Shown here in pieces: positions 38,701 through 52,025 of a stretch of 62,000 nucleotides of DNA. Every line of letters starts with the position of its first letter. Positions within the stretch are counted from its first letter, which is position 1. Source of the stretch: Acanthaster planci (lineage: Eukaryota); assembly GCF_001949145.1 (NCBI RefSeq), contig NW_019091404.1, positions 3,410,001 through 3,472,000 on the forward strand, read 5' to 3'. The translations under genes and the position numbers were made by a program. A model generated the notes under the pieces. It saw nothing but the letters and a program-made list of their open reading frames with translations. It was not told where the DNA came from and searched no databases.

Positions 38701-40675
38701 ATCTTGTTCATAGGTCCAAATACACTTTTAGGTTTAACATCACTTAACTGCAGACAGCATATCAAAATCATTGTGCAATGAAGGCTTCCATTCCATAAAC
38801 TTGCAATGTTGACATAGTTGTTACCCAATCTTCGATCCATGAGCGCAGCAAAATTCCCGATACACGAGAGTTACACTACTATGGGTTTCATGATACGCTT
38901 TACATATGCAAGGCTTTGATTCCAACTTAAGTTAACCCAATCAAATCCAGTATGATTTGACAATTCCCCAACCTTACACTTTAACAAGTGTCAACTAACA
39001 TCCCAGAAACATTCCTGTACCCATCCCAAACCCGTTTCATTTGAAATGAGTATAAAATGCACCTCAACACCTTCAACCCCCTCCCCTAAACAAGGAACAT
39101 GTCTACACCTACTGACTACCTGTACCTGTACAGCCTAACAGTCTCAACTATTTTCTAGAAATAATTCTGGGTTCAAGACATCCAGTATTTATTTATCATA
39201 CATGTACGTATTTATTAAGGAAACATGCAACAGTAAATGATCCCAAATTCCAGAACTGGTCATTGTATGAAGTTCCATGCAATAGGGACGTGTTTTCGAA
39301 TCTACTGACCGCAAGCAAGGAATGACCAGTAACGACTCTAAGAGAAATTCAAATCAAATGAAAGGTGTAGGAAAACAAATATAAATCGGGCTTCAATGGA
39401 CACTACCAAGCCGATTTTCTATTGGTTACAGCACAGGACTGAAAATCTTTCTCATTGAAGTGCGGAGCCGTTTAACACCAAAGCGTTTCAATATCATACG
39501 TCTATGCTATCCAGCCGACGCCGTATCGGAGAGGCTTCGGTTTCAGACACGGCATGTTGTTCACGGTGGAGGATTCAATTTGCGGAACACAAATGATTAT
39601 GCATATTACCGACAATAAGAACACCTGACAGTGGATCACGTCAGCACATTTAAATTGGCATATACAGATTCATGTGATCCCTCCACAAGTCATGTTATTC
39701 AAACGGTACCCTCTACGGATGCCAAATATACCAAATAGGCCTAAACACTGAATTGACCCAACATAGTGAAATCACACTTTGTCCACTTTTACACCTTCCA
39801 ATGTATAAACAAAGCATGATGTCATGTTATAGATTATAGTTTCGGGACATCCATGAATTTGTGGCTTCTGCGACTGTCGCTTCTGGTGGAAAAACCCGGG
39901 CAGATCACAATATGCTAGAGTGAGGCAGCATATCCGCAAGCCATTAGCAGATCAACAGAGCCATTGACAGGTTAAGCGGAAAACACAAATCGTGTGTGCT
40001 CTCATTTATGCCAAATCAAGGCAAACATGGTCAGGTTGAGGGTCCCAAGGGAGCTGGAGGCATAAACACAGCTCTTGCCAATTATAACTGACAATTCCCA
40101 AGCAGTTTAACCGGCTGGGATTCCCACAAGGCCTACACTACTACTTTACACTTTACAAGATTAATTTTTGCCTTAAAAGATTTTGCTTGAATAAAAACAA
40201 ATCGAGGGTGACTTTGGAATAATCTATTTTAAATATATGAAAAGCTATTCAGCTATTTAACTTCACAAAACATATCCCCCCAAACAAACTTCCAAAATAC
40301 AGAAACTGAGTGATTCACCCCTTCATTTTTTTGAGCAAATATATCCTTAATCATGTGATTGACTGACAAAGCCCTAATCAAATTTTTGTGACATATCTCA
40401 GTAGTTTTATATTGACACGGAACACCGTTAATTGCATGAAAAAGGCACCCCCAAACAATTCCCCCCCAAACAAAAGAAACCAAAAAAACAAAAGATGGCA
40501 AAGCACATGCCACTTGCAAATGACATGACACCACAGACAAAAACTGCCTAAACGTGGACATGAGGAAGTAAAGTTTTTTACAATATCCCACTCAGTACTC
40601 CTGTCCAACGGAACGTTAGAAAGTTGTTGAAACGTTTATTAGAAGACTACCGAAAATCAGTAAATATGTCAAGTA

Positions 40676-40816
40676 CAGTCAAACCTCGTAAATTATATGA
40701 GCACTGTTTATACAACATTTTGCTTAAACTAAGCAAATGTTTAGGTCTCAGTTCTTTGTTCTTCAGTATTCTCATTCCTGATGATACAACATTCCTTTAC
40801 TAACGAGGTTTGACTG
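40676..40816. mobile_element. 141-bp Tc1/mariner (pogo/Tigger-like) MITE downstream of the eIF5A stop
   Basis: TIR CAGTCAAACCTCGT / ACGAGGTTTGACTG; TA on the left flank, TC on the right. Confidence 0.75.
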
Positions 40817-41221
40817 TCTATATGTAAACCAACTCTTGAAACAGCTTTGTAATGCATGTATGTATACCAACAGACCTTGGGCTATGGAAGTCTGGGAGAA
40901 TTATGCATTTAAGCAAAAACACTGGACGAACTAACCAGTTTGTATCCAAAAAACCAACAAGTTATGCAGGGGAGCATGGAAAATCTTCTCGTCAATGAAA
41001 GATTTGACCAATGATCATTGCCCTGGCTAATATTTTGGCCAGTAAATGACCGGTTCCTTGTCAAACACTGTCCAAAGGGTCAGCCAGATCAATATCCAAT
41101 TTGACCCTTACTGCATTAACTGAATGTGTTGCTTTGATGAGCCCAACACCTCCCAACGTAAGATGAATTGCAGACATCCTTTTTGTAGGAATCAGCAGGT
41201 TTCCCGGACAACAGATCTCTA

Positions 41222-44200
41222 TTACTTTGATTGATTTTTCAATCCAACGACACATTCTTCATCAACTGCCTTTAGCACAGTAACCTGTAAAGAAGGCAAA
41301 AGGAGACAAAGATCTCAGAACAAATAATTCACGGGTTGTGACTTCTACCTAGGAGCCACCCGACAACCAGTGACATACCCAGACTTTGGTGGTACATCTG
41401 GAGTTTTTGTCTTTGTTTCAACCACATTTCGGCCAACAATCTTCTAATCATCAGCTGATCAATGAACAGTCCTTTCACATGTTGATTGTGATTTCATACA
41501 GATGTACTTTATGGGTTTCATAAGAACTACTTGTATATGAACTCATATCACACACCTCTCGGTTCACTTTTGGGTACCTCTCCTACTAGGATGAATATTG
41601 TTTGTTTATATACAAAAGCACCCTCTCAAATTGTTACTGAATCCTTTAAAGTAAGCCGTAAGTAAGGGTGGCATGTTTAAATGATAAAAAAATTCCAAAT
41701 CTATTTAAAGATTTTCACTATTGTTTAAAAGGAACTGCCCATTTTAGAGGTTTGATGTTTTGATTGATGCAATCTGGCGTTCATTTTTATTGTTAATTAA
41801 TGATGCCTGTTACATATTGGTTTTGTTTTCCCTTTTGGCATCCATGTACATTTAAAGAAAAAAAAGTACAGTAAACTCCGAATAAGTCGGCACTCTATGG
41901 ACTCAAGAAATAATGACGACTTATGCGAATGCCAGCTTGTGTTGTAAGTTTTCCCGACCTTCACGTACACATGTATTGCCTATGTACATTATAATTCCTT
42001 GCACTAATTCAATGGCTTTGATTAACCCTCGTTTATTTCTACCTCCATGGTCGATCCCAGCAAATTCGTTCTCAATTATTATCCTGCAAAATCAATAATT
42101 GATCATGTGCCCCTAAGGACGAAGCAAGGACGGCAAGCCACTTGCAAAGTTGTATATCAAATCACGACTTGATAGTGCAGTACCTACATAGTACATGTAC
42201 ATGATACAGTTACGGTACAGAAAACATACACTCATTCACACACATGCGGACTGGTTAAGTTTGTTTTATATAGTCTGGATACCAGACCCGATGATTCTGA
42301 CTACCCGATGAATCATCAAAGGTCGTCTGAGAATCTTTGGGCAGGGAACCAGACTACGTTCAATAGGGCGACCCCCAAAATGGACAGAGTGTAGCACTAG
42401 AGGGGTTACTTGTATCGATGTTACCCATGCTGGCCGTGCGCGCACAGGACTTGTCACTTGACACTTCTTGGCAACCGCAGCGAAGGAAACGGATACCGAA
42501 GCACAAATTGTTTTAGTGCCGACTTACACAAAGGAATTTGTGTGGTTTTGTGGAAAAGGGGCCAAGAAAAACATGACAACAAAATGACGATGTATAAATG
42601 CCGACTTAGAAATGGAATTTCGAATGGAAATGCATTACAGATGATCGGGACTTTTGTGAAACGGCCGACTTGGATGATATGACGGATTACGCGATGTCGA
42701 CTTAGTCAGAGTTTAATGTAGATTAAAAAGCAAACATTGCTTGTTTTAAATGCCCCAACATCAATCTACATTTTTACTTTGGTTGGACCATGTAAATTGT
42801 TGAACAAAAGAATTATGCACATATGAAACACTGAGCCTCTGTCAAGTGTTGGCTAAATGTTTAAATGGAATTGGCAAGATTTGTAAAGGTTTTTCAAATA
42901 AAAAGGAAATTCCCACCCTTAGTCTTTAACCACCCTCAATCCTGCAAAATCTTCCAGACACTTTTAGAGGATTTAAAAGGAATAGCAAATACGTGTTTGA
43001 TGGTGAATGATGCACCGTGTCAAGGTCTGGGTTAGATATTGTGGTTATGTTTGGCTATGAGTAATTTCATGTGTATGTTCCACATGAAATCATCCATACT
43101 GCTCCAGGACACCTTTGACACTGCCTAAACATAATGACAGGTACTGTTCGAAGGGCCGAGGCGGGACCCACCCCTCCAAGGAGCACATTCAAGAAAAAAA
43201 CATGGAGGTGTTTGAAAGATTGAGGATGAATACATTATTTTGGCAGGGAAATTGACGGATTTGGAAGGAGTGGGGATGTGCCCTTCATAACAGGTCTCGG
43301 GGGGGGGGGGGGGTTAAGGCTATTTTGTTTTTGCTAGGGTGTCATTAGAAAGTATAAACTGAGCTTTCTTTTGATCTTTCTTTTATTCTGGTACCCCACT
43401 GAAAAAAGGACACTGTGTGGGTGAAAAACGTTGCGGGTTTCTTCACTGAGCCAGAGTCTTTTCAAAGGCCTTAAACTCAATAGTGGCTTTAGTAACTTCT
43501 GAGTAAGTTTGTTTGACTGGCTCAAAAATTACATAACTACAAAAAAATGTGCCAGAACAGGCCTTATTCACACAGGAGCTATTGTGGAGCTTGTCTCCTG
43601 AATCTATCACATTCAATGTAATCTGTTAAATGAGGAGGTGCCAGACTATTTTGGGTTCTGAACCTCATTTTCAGCTTTTTTTAAATGCTAAAAAAGTTTT
43701 CAACATTTAGACATAATTTATCACAAATTTTAAATTATTCTGAACAAACTGGTATGAATTTGTAGGAAATTTTATTTCATTACTGTTACTCTTGGGTTCC
43801 CAAAATGAAAGTTGACCTCCTTTTCAATTCAAGATGACCACAAATGAATACAATTTATCTAAAAATTTAAAAACAAATTATGTACTTACCAGGATTGTCT
43901 CTTCTTTAAGAAACCTGTCTTTAATATCTTTACCAAGGTCATTTTCAGGCAGCTTGAGATCAGAACGAGTATCTCCACCATCACCCATTAGAGAGAGGAA
44001 ACCATCATCTTCAATATCTAAAACCTGTTAACAGCAACAGCAAACAATTATCCAACTGGTATTTTGATAATGAAAAAGAAAAGGGTCTTAAACTTTTAGG
44101 GAATTATCTTTAGACAGGATAGTTTGGGGCAGTACANNNNNNNNNNNNNNNNNNNNNNNNNNNNNNNNNNNNNNNNNNNNNNNNNNNNNNNNNNNNNNNN

Positions 44201-45394
44201 NNNNNNNNNNNNNNNNNNNNNNNNNNNNNNNNNNNNNNNNNNNNNNNNNNNNNNNNNNNNNNNNNNNNNNNNNNNNNNNNNNNNNNNNNNNNNNNNNNNN
44301 NNNNNNNNNNNNNNNNNNNNNNNNNNNNNNNNNNNNNNNNNNNNNNNNNNNNNNNNNNNNNNNNNNNNNNNNNNNNNNNNNNNNNNNNNNNNNNNNNNNN
44401 NNNNNNNNNNNNNNNNNNNNNNNNNNNNNNNNNNNNNNNNNNNNNNNNNNNNNNNNNNNNNNNNNNNNNNNNNNNNNNNNNNNNNNNNNNNNNNNNNNNN
44501 NNNNNNNNNNNNNNNNNNNNNNNNNNNNNNNNNNNNNNNNNNNNNNNNNNNNNNNNNNNNNNNNNNNNNNNNNNNNNNNNNNNNNNNNNNNNNNNNNNNN
44601 NNNNNNNNNNNNNNNAGTAACAAGCAGTTGATGGGCTGCAAAATGCACTTTTCAGGCTCTTTTGTGCAGTCCTCATCGCTACAGTTGGTTTACTGCACAA
44701 TTATGCACATAAAAAAGGAAGGCACAGTTGTTGGATAGCAGAACAGTGCAATATGATATGCCTGTGAAGGATATATTTAGTACAGTGCATCTTTATGCTG
44801 CTTACCAACCGACCCAAAGAGTGACTTTAGCAAAGGAGGGCTTTGGGCAAGGTAATCCATTCTGCAAAGATACACATTTTAACCCCACCAAATTTTAACA
44901 TGAAATCCTACCTGAAAGTCATTGCGTGCAACATTGGGCACATTCATATTGTGAGTAGATGGGCAGATATCTTCATACTTCTTCCCAGTGAAAAGATCAA
45001 TACCGACAAGATGAACCTGCAAATGCAAGAGAAAAAGAAGCACTTGAGGAAATTATCTGATCTTCCAATTAACAATAAATCACTCATTCAGCCTACCTTT
45101 CTACAGGAATGTGAAAATGAGACAAGAATTTCACCTTGATTTTTTTTCCTTCAAAAATAGCTTATTGTTGTGAGATTTGAAAGAACTGAGGCCAGTTGTG
45201 TTTTCTTCAAGTTCTCTGTACTATCATACCTTAGCATGTCCATGTTTTCCAGTTTTAGAGGTGGACATCTCCACAATTTTGCAGGGGCGGCTCTTCAGCA
45301 TCACATGGCCATTTTTGCGGAGAGTGGAACACTGAGCAGGATATGTCTTAGAGGCACCAGACTCTCCTGAATCGAAATCTCCGTCATCAGCCAT
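41222..45394 (-). CDS. EIF5A: Eukaryotic translation factor eIF5A (canonical), 155 aa, 4 coding exons
   Basis: Exons 45394-45230, 45016-44912, 44024-43890, 41284-41222 (468 nt). Invariant hypusine loop [12 protein letters not shown] and [14 protein letters not shown] 5'UTR acceptor precedes 45409. Confidence 0.97.
41869..42718. mobile_element. ~850-bp non-autonomous pogo/Tigger-like element in the last eIF5A intron
   Basis: TA|CAGTAAACTCCGAATAAGTCGGCA ... TGTCGACTTAGTCAGAGTTTAATG|TA; repeated subterminal GCCGACTTA. Confidence 0.7.
42271..42356. mobile_element. Small palindromic MITE nested in the 41869-42718 element
   Basis: TAGTCTGGATACC ... GGGAACCAGACTA; a related end, GGGAACCAGTCTA, occurs at ~6753-6765. 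Confidence 0.55.
42930..43313. mobile_element. TTAA-flanked piggyBac-like MITE (AATCCT/AGGATT family), decayed copy
   Basis: TTAA|CCACCCTCAATCCT ... GGG|TTAA; internal AAGGTCTGGGTTAGA resembles AAGGTCGTGGGTTAGA in the 53165 copy. Confidence 0.55.
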
Positions 45395-45751
45395 CGCAGT
45401 CAATTAGTTCTGACAAGGTTGGATGGAATGCTGGAACTGGGAGGCTAAAAAGAAAAGAGGAGAAATACACATTTCTGAACACTGGAAGGCTCCACTTGTT
45501 CACATTTCCATAGTACTTCTTGTACTGCCAAGAATGGCAGAGTGTCTTCACAATCATACCTGCACCTGCCATCTTTTTGCTTGTACATACCTAAGGCACA
45601 GCAGTTTACCCCTGCAGCTTGTGAAATCATAGTTGGACATTGGACATTTTCTGACACCTGTATTTGTGTGACCAAAAGCTGATGTAGTCAGACAGAATGT
45701 CTCGATGGCCTGTTAATGTGTTTACTCTGGTTTTGTCTTTGTGACGTTTAA

Positions 45752-46165
45752 TCCCTTCATGGCAGGACGCGTTAAGATATGCCGTAAAAATTGAGATCCT
45801 CAGCCCGCTTTTCAGCTATTATTCACCGCCCACGCTCGAGCGAACACTGTGAAAGAAGACAGACCCTGGCTCTTGTATATATGGTAATTGGTCTTTGTGC
45901 AAAGCCCAGAAATGAAAAAAACGATTTTGCATCATAATCACCAGCTTCACAATAGTCCCCACTTTGAAAAGAGGCAACGGGAATGTGGAAGCTTGAGTAG
46001 AGCCGCATGCCACCGAACAATCAGCCTTTTCACCATGTAATTCAAAGCGTGCTCTGCACTCTGGGCCACAAACCGACACTTTGCGGTTTGGCAGGTGGCC
46101 TTTGTAGCCGAGAGGCTGGAATTCTTGGAGTCGTCTTTCGGAGAGAAATTCCCGCTGAGAAGGGG
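45752..46165. mobile_element. piggyBac-like non-autonomous element
   Basis: TTAA|TCCCTTC... and ...GAAGGGG|TTAA. Confidence 0.6.
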
Positions 46166-46752
46166 TTAAACAGCGTGAGTGTCTTCATTTGCCTTTGGTT
46201 TACATCTGATGAAAAGCTGGTCATGGCACATTTGATAATTGTGTTCGTACTTTTGTACGACCATTTTTGGGGCCTAATTTCATGCTCTGCAAATGACTAC
46301 CTGTAGACTACACATAAACACGTACATTTATGTCTACAATGGCTAGGTAAAAAGAAAACTGAATAAACGCTAAGATTTACAAGAACCATTGTCAGATTGC
46401 TAAACTTAGAAAACGCGAGTTGTGCAGTAGAAGTAGGCCGGTCGCAAGTTACTATATATATGAAGTCAATACTGGACATGACATTTCTACCATTTTGTCT
46501 TTATTTCTAACTGCATGACCAATGATCTTCAAAAAAAAAAAAAACAGGATGCTGTGAAAATCCTCCAGTTTAGCATCAGATTTACGTACATTTACTCATT
46601 CGTGGCCATCCTGTGACTTTAATTATCACCAATGAACAGTTTTACTACACGACTGCCAGGCACATACCAGCTATATCACAATGAAATGACGTGGAGCTTA
46701 ACACTTCAATTGTGATCATTAATAAGTCATGGCCTTGGCTCGTATACAAGTA

Positions 46753-48810
46753 CAGACCTGCCAACCTTTAGAACTGCAAAAGTGTATCATTAGATTCCAA
46801 AATGTGTATTTTTCAATAAAAATGTGTATTTTCCTAAAAAACAGGAAAGACAAGCTTACAAGTACCTTTGCGTGATTACAAACACATACTATTTGAACTT
46901 TAATACTGGAAACATTGTCTTTATTATGTCTGTGAAATCATCCAACGACGCACACTGCAGATAGTGCCGAACTACATAACCTGTCCAAAGGGTCTCGGCT
47001 TTGTTTCAGCGATGTCGCGGTGTTTACTGTTTTCGATGTGACGAGATACATGTACATCATCAGGGTTCTCCCCAGGATTTTTCAAAACTGTGGGGCATTT
47101 CCATTGTGGTTTACCAACATTTTGCAAAGCTATGGCGTGGGGTTCAGACCCCGCCCAAGGGCCCCGAAAATTTCTGGATTTTTAGATGCTCTCAGCTGCA
47201 TTTTAGAGCATTTCCTGGGTTTTTCAAGTACCTTTTCTCAGGAAAAAACATAAATTCAATTTTCTTTTAATTTCGGATATTAGTACTTTAACAAATGACC
47301 GGTTTTCCTTTCTGGACAACAATTTAGGCCTGTAGGCACAAAAGGAGTCATTTCAAGTTTCAGGCTTGCAACAACATGTAGTGGCTTAATTAACGATATA
47401 AACACCCGTTTATTCAGTTTTAATTTAACATGCTTCAACCTTTCCGTTTTGCTGATCAGACCTGAAACCATGAGCTCCATTCAGCTGTAAGGCAAAAATA
47501 TTAGCTTAAAGGAATAAACAAATGACATAAAAATATAAAACGATTTTGTCTTTATATAAAACAACAAGGCTTTTCTCGTATATCGGCAAGAAAGAATACC
47601 CGCTGCAGGTGGCTGCTTCGTTTGGGTTTCCCTCAGCACACCGGACTGCTGAAGTTATTGGCTTAAAAAAGGAGCCTATCTTTGATTGAGTTTCTGCCAT
47701 TGTGCGTGAGAGAAAATGCGTTGATATGGCAACGAGAAATATCATCCCTGTCGTAGATGTATTAATACTCTTACACAGGGCTACGGCTGCCGCCATAAAA
47801 AAAAAAAGGTGTGTGGGATCGATGTTGTAAGTTCTGCAAATGGTGTAGTATAAAATTGTAACCTTCGTAAATGCAGCCAAGTAGCGTATTGAGCACACAG
47901 CACAGAGTGAGCACACTTGCGCACGGGTGCATGTAAGACGCCCACGACGGAAGTTCAGATTTCATGCAACACCGGCCACGTGGAATGTTCGGTGCCGATG
48001 TATGTACAGTGTGCAGTACAGTGTTGAAGCCGGCCCGTGGTGAACAATGCATATACAGTACATGGAAAAATGCAGGACTATAACTGTTTTTTCATCTAGA
48101 TTTTCTGGACATGCAATCTGCTTTATGTAAGAAAACTCTCAGTCTTAATTATATTGTGCGTATCGGGGATGAAAAAATGGGTATTGGCCCGTTTTTTGCG
48201 TATCGGGCAGAAATAATTGCATATCGGGCCCGATATGCTAGTTTGTACATGGGGAGAACCCTGATCATAACTCCCTCTATGCCCGATACTGAAGTCAGAA
48301 CTACACAAAGTGCAGCAAGCGTAATGTTCACCTCTCAGGGAAGGTAATATGAATTAAAATTTCTCCGTATATTCCCTTCTGAAAGATTGCTTCCATTTTT
48401 GGGTGTCTTTCTTAGAAGTTGAAGCCATCTTCATTCACGCAGTTTTACGATTACTTCGGGAAATTTTTTTGCATGCACACGAATGTACACTCCACAATGG
48501 ATGCCAATTGGTTTTGTGCGCCACGTTCCGATTGGTTGATACGTGTGCTACCAGGGGCATGGACACACCACGTACACCAATCACGAATGCTCTACTTTAT
48601 GAGTTCGCAATATTGAACCCCGTGACATGTGGCTTAGTGTTGCTCGCAGCCACTTCAGCCATTTTAGCTTAGGTTTCACACAGTGCCCTCTTTTTCTCTG
48701 TCAGTGTCAAAATTATCAAAATCCGTATTTTATGGTCATAAAAACGTATGGTTGTATTTTCATCAATTTTTCGTACAAAAATGCCAAAATTGTACTGGTT
48801 GGCAGGTATG
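46753..48810. mobile_element. ~2.06-kb non-autonomous DNA transposon with 6-bp TSD
   Basis: TIR CAGACCTGCCAACC / GGTTGGCAGGTATG; TSD CAAGTA at 46747-46752 and 48811-48816. Confidence 0.85.
47061..48263. mobile_element. 1.2-kb hAT-like element with 5-bp TSD, nested in the 46753-48810 element
   Basis: Perfect TIR CAGGGTTCTCCCCA / TGGGGAGAACCCTG; TSD ATCAT at 47056-47060 and 48264-48268; subterminal (G)CGTATCGGG repeats. Confidence 0.88.
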
Positions 48811-49309
48811 CAAGTAAATTTGCCCGAGTACATGGCTAAAGAATGGCAGCAAGAAATGAAGATGTTAAAGCTTGCTCTAGACCTTCGTTATTCTACAAAT
48901 TTCATTGGGCTATTACATAGACAATCATCCAGATATGTCCAATACAATGTTGCTACACTTATCATGGCTGTACTACAAATCCCCCTTGGCTCCTGAATTT
49001 CTGTGCATTTCTACTGAACACTGACAATCTTTTAAAATTAAAGAAATATATATTCAGAACTGATGAAAATGAGTCAGGATAAAAACATTACACGTAAAGG
49101 GACAACGGCCAAAACATTAAGTTCTGTATCACTGCAGAGTCCATGTCCATGTGAGTATAGATGGACATGTAGACTAGCCATATTTGTGGGGTGTCGTGCA
49201 TGCAATACGGGAGACTCCAATGCGGAAAATCTGGCTTTTGTGTTCTCACAAAATTTAACTTTCTCTCAACGAGAAGACTTGAAACTACGTGTACATGTAT
49301 TGTAAGACT

Positions 49310-49701
49310 ATTCTGCAAAACTCCATGCTTTCCGTCGCAATTCACGATCTACATGTACATACACGTTTATCTAGCACAGGTACTCGCACATGCACAAACT
49401 GCTGGTAACCGAGTGTCCCTTACGCATGCACGGACGAGTCGTGGGCATGATGCAGTCGCAGATAAGGCCATGTCCGAACGGGCTTCCAAAGATACCGCTT
49501 GGTCTATCATGTCTATTGTCTGCGCGTCTCCACATATTTGTAATGGAGGGAAGACCTGGACCAAGCTCTAGACAACATGCATAACTGACAGAATGTGAGC
49601 ATAGGCCGAGCTTGGAGGCCATTTTGTGTACGCGCAAATGCGTACCGCATGAACGTAGGTTGTTAACAAATCGCAATGGAAAGCATGGAGTTTCGCAGAA
49701 T
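49310..49701. repeat. Inverted repeat pair (23/24 nt), probable decayed palindromic MITE
   Basis: ATTCTGCAAAACTCCATGCTTTCC (49310-49333) versus GGAAAGCATGGAGTTTCGCAGAAT (49678-49701). Confidence 0.7.
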
Positions 49702-50784
49702 TTCCTGCAAAATACGTTGTTCGAGGGTGTATTTAGTAATTTCAACACAGTGGTCATGGAATTCAGGCTGGAAGGCACTTGAGTACGACATTTTGAGCTG
49801 TCTTCAGCAGGTAAAAATGCGAGAAAAACTGTTGAAAAAATTTCGCAAAGTAAGAGGACTTTCACACTCTGAACGTTAGTTGCAATGCAATGTAGATGTC
49901 GTCCAACCTGCGTGGTCCAACCTGGCATGCCTGGGCTAGTCCCTGACAAAATGACAAGGGTAGGCCCTAAAGGGCCCAAGTTCTGTGTATCAATCATGTT
50001 CACACTTTAACCATGTAAACCCAAAGCTTGGAAGTTATAAAAAGAACAAAACAATTTCACAGGAAAGACGTGCACGCGGCATGACTCAACAGGCAACAGC
50101 CATGACCAGATATTGATGACTGCCACTGTACCAAGACCATAGTCATTATGGCGCTGCATTGTCATTGCATAGGCTTTTGCAAACAACGTGTAAGCATGCT
50201 CGCCCAACACATTACGGGGCTCTGTGGTGCAACGACAAGGCTGGTTTTATTTTAGGTTTCATACACATAAGATCAAAGTTTTCTGCTAAACAACGACAAA
50301 AATAGACGAAACTCATTTTAGAAACATTCAAGTTATAAAATTACTTAAAACAACGGCCTAATTTCTTCAAAATAATGAAAAATTGAGCTTAATGTTAAAT
50401 GATCAGTGCTTACATGTGGCTCTGCTGTGAGGAAAAGACCACCAATTGCGGAGGCCATACGCATGCGTATTACCGTTTCGACGAGAAATTCCCTTAGAGG
50501 GGTTACCCGAATTGAAGTAATTGTGCTACCCCCAAAAGTAGACTGTTCCAAGTAGTAGGGGTGGTTATTAGTTTGCAAGTGGATAGCAAACTTTACGTTT
50601 TGTTGCGCAACCTGCGTGTCCGGTGGTCTACTTAAAATTTAATCATTTTTTTCTTTTACTTTCATTCGCAAGGCACTGTTCTTTAATATATAGGGAGGTA
50701 TTTTACTGAGGAAAATATTTGAAACTTACACTCCGCCAAGATTCCAATAAGTACTTACATGACCGTACACGTACGTACAGGCCA

Positions 50785-50855
50785 CATGTACAGTACATGT
50801 ACATCTACATGTACATGTACATATACATGTACATGTACATTGTACATGTACATAT
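50785..50855. repeat. (TACATG)n self-complementary microsatellite
   Basis: About ten imperfect tacatg units. Confidence 0.85.
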
Positions 50856-51851
50856 GGGCGCCTTTTTGCGTACGTTTTGGTTCAGAGTTTGCGCAAAATG
50901 GATTTGCTCACGTCCGGCCATATCAGTCGGTGAAGATGTGGTCGATGTAGCGTGCTCAGGGACATTACTCCAATGTAGTTCAAGGTAGATTAAAGAAACT
51001 TTGAAGTTGAACTATCAAGGCACCGGTACCTCTCAAAATCAAGATATCTTAAAGCTCTTTTAACTTGCTTGAAATTGAAAATGACAAAGATGCCTCGACT
51101 TTTCCAAGGAATACCTGTAGATGTTATTTATTCGTGCAAACTAACATGCCTAATCATGTTAATCCTTGACGTTATTCATTACTGTACATCCTTTGGTCCA
51201 ACTAAACGGTACAGTGTACAATGTCCGAATTACTTAATCACATTTTGCAGTTTCTCTGATTTCTTGACCAGAGAGCCTTCGAACAGAGTAAGGTGTAGAA
51301 ACGTGGATTTGGAAATCCCTGATATGGCCTCGTTTTGATTTCAGAGCAACGTTTTCACTTATTTTTTATCCACAAACTTTTCACACTAATTCTTCATCAA
51401 GGAAATAATTTATTTCCGATTTTGACTCCATTTTTTTTAATAACATACGGCTATTTCTTTTAAATATCTTTCCTGGCTGCTCAAATAAATTCAACTGTCA
51501 AATAATCCTGTTTCGGCCCAAGTCACCCCGGCCTGGCAGATCAACAAATTGCAACCTGGGTACCAAACTGAACTTGTTTTTGCTGGTGCCCCCAAAATGG
51601 AAATTTTCATGTATAAAATTTACGACCCGCTTCCTGATCGAGGTGTAAGGATATGTTGTGGCTTTGTTCACGTTTCGAAGGATGAAATTGAGAAAAATAT
51701 CGCCTTTTCATTGTTTACACGGCAAAAATGACTCCTTTTGTGGGGTGCTGTCCTTCATCTACCCCTCCTGGTAGTTTTGAAATTGTCGTTGACTTTGGTG
51801 TACGAGTCGTCACGGTGATGAGATGGCAAAATCGAAGGACACCCCTCTTAC

Positions 51852-52025
51852 GGATTTAAACTGCTCGTTCTCAATTTTATTACGTCACAAAATACCACAA
51901 TCCCTCGCGCGACGCGCACACGAGTCGAGTACGTACGTACGGACGGCCATCTTGGCAGCACAAAGAAAGATCGTTGTGCGGAGGGGAGTAACATCAACGC
52001 CCGGTAAAAAGATCTGCCAGAAAAT
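51852..52025. promoter_or_regulatory. Compact bidirectional promoter and 5' leaders of eIF5A (-) and Y-box (+)
   Basis: Minus-strand donor CC|GTAAGA at 51852/51851 is the candidate eIF5A non-coding first exon, splicing to 45409. CpG-dense core; YY1-type CGGCCATCTTGG at 51944-51955; CRE-like TTACGTCA at 51880-51887; YBX ATG at 52026. Confidence 0.7.

Noticed and set aside
44088..44738. Long ORFs of 180-204 aa in the ORF track
   Set aside because: Artefacts of translating the N gap; the same applies to 58273-58593.
49371..50003. 210-aa minus-strand ORF
   Set aside because: No recognisable domain; overlaps a decayed inverted-repeat element inside the inferred eIF5A 5'UTR intron.
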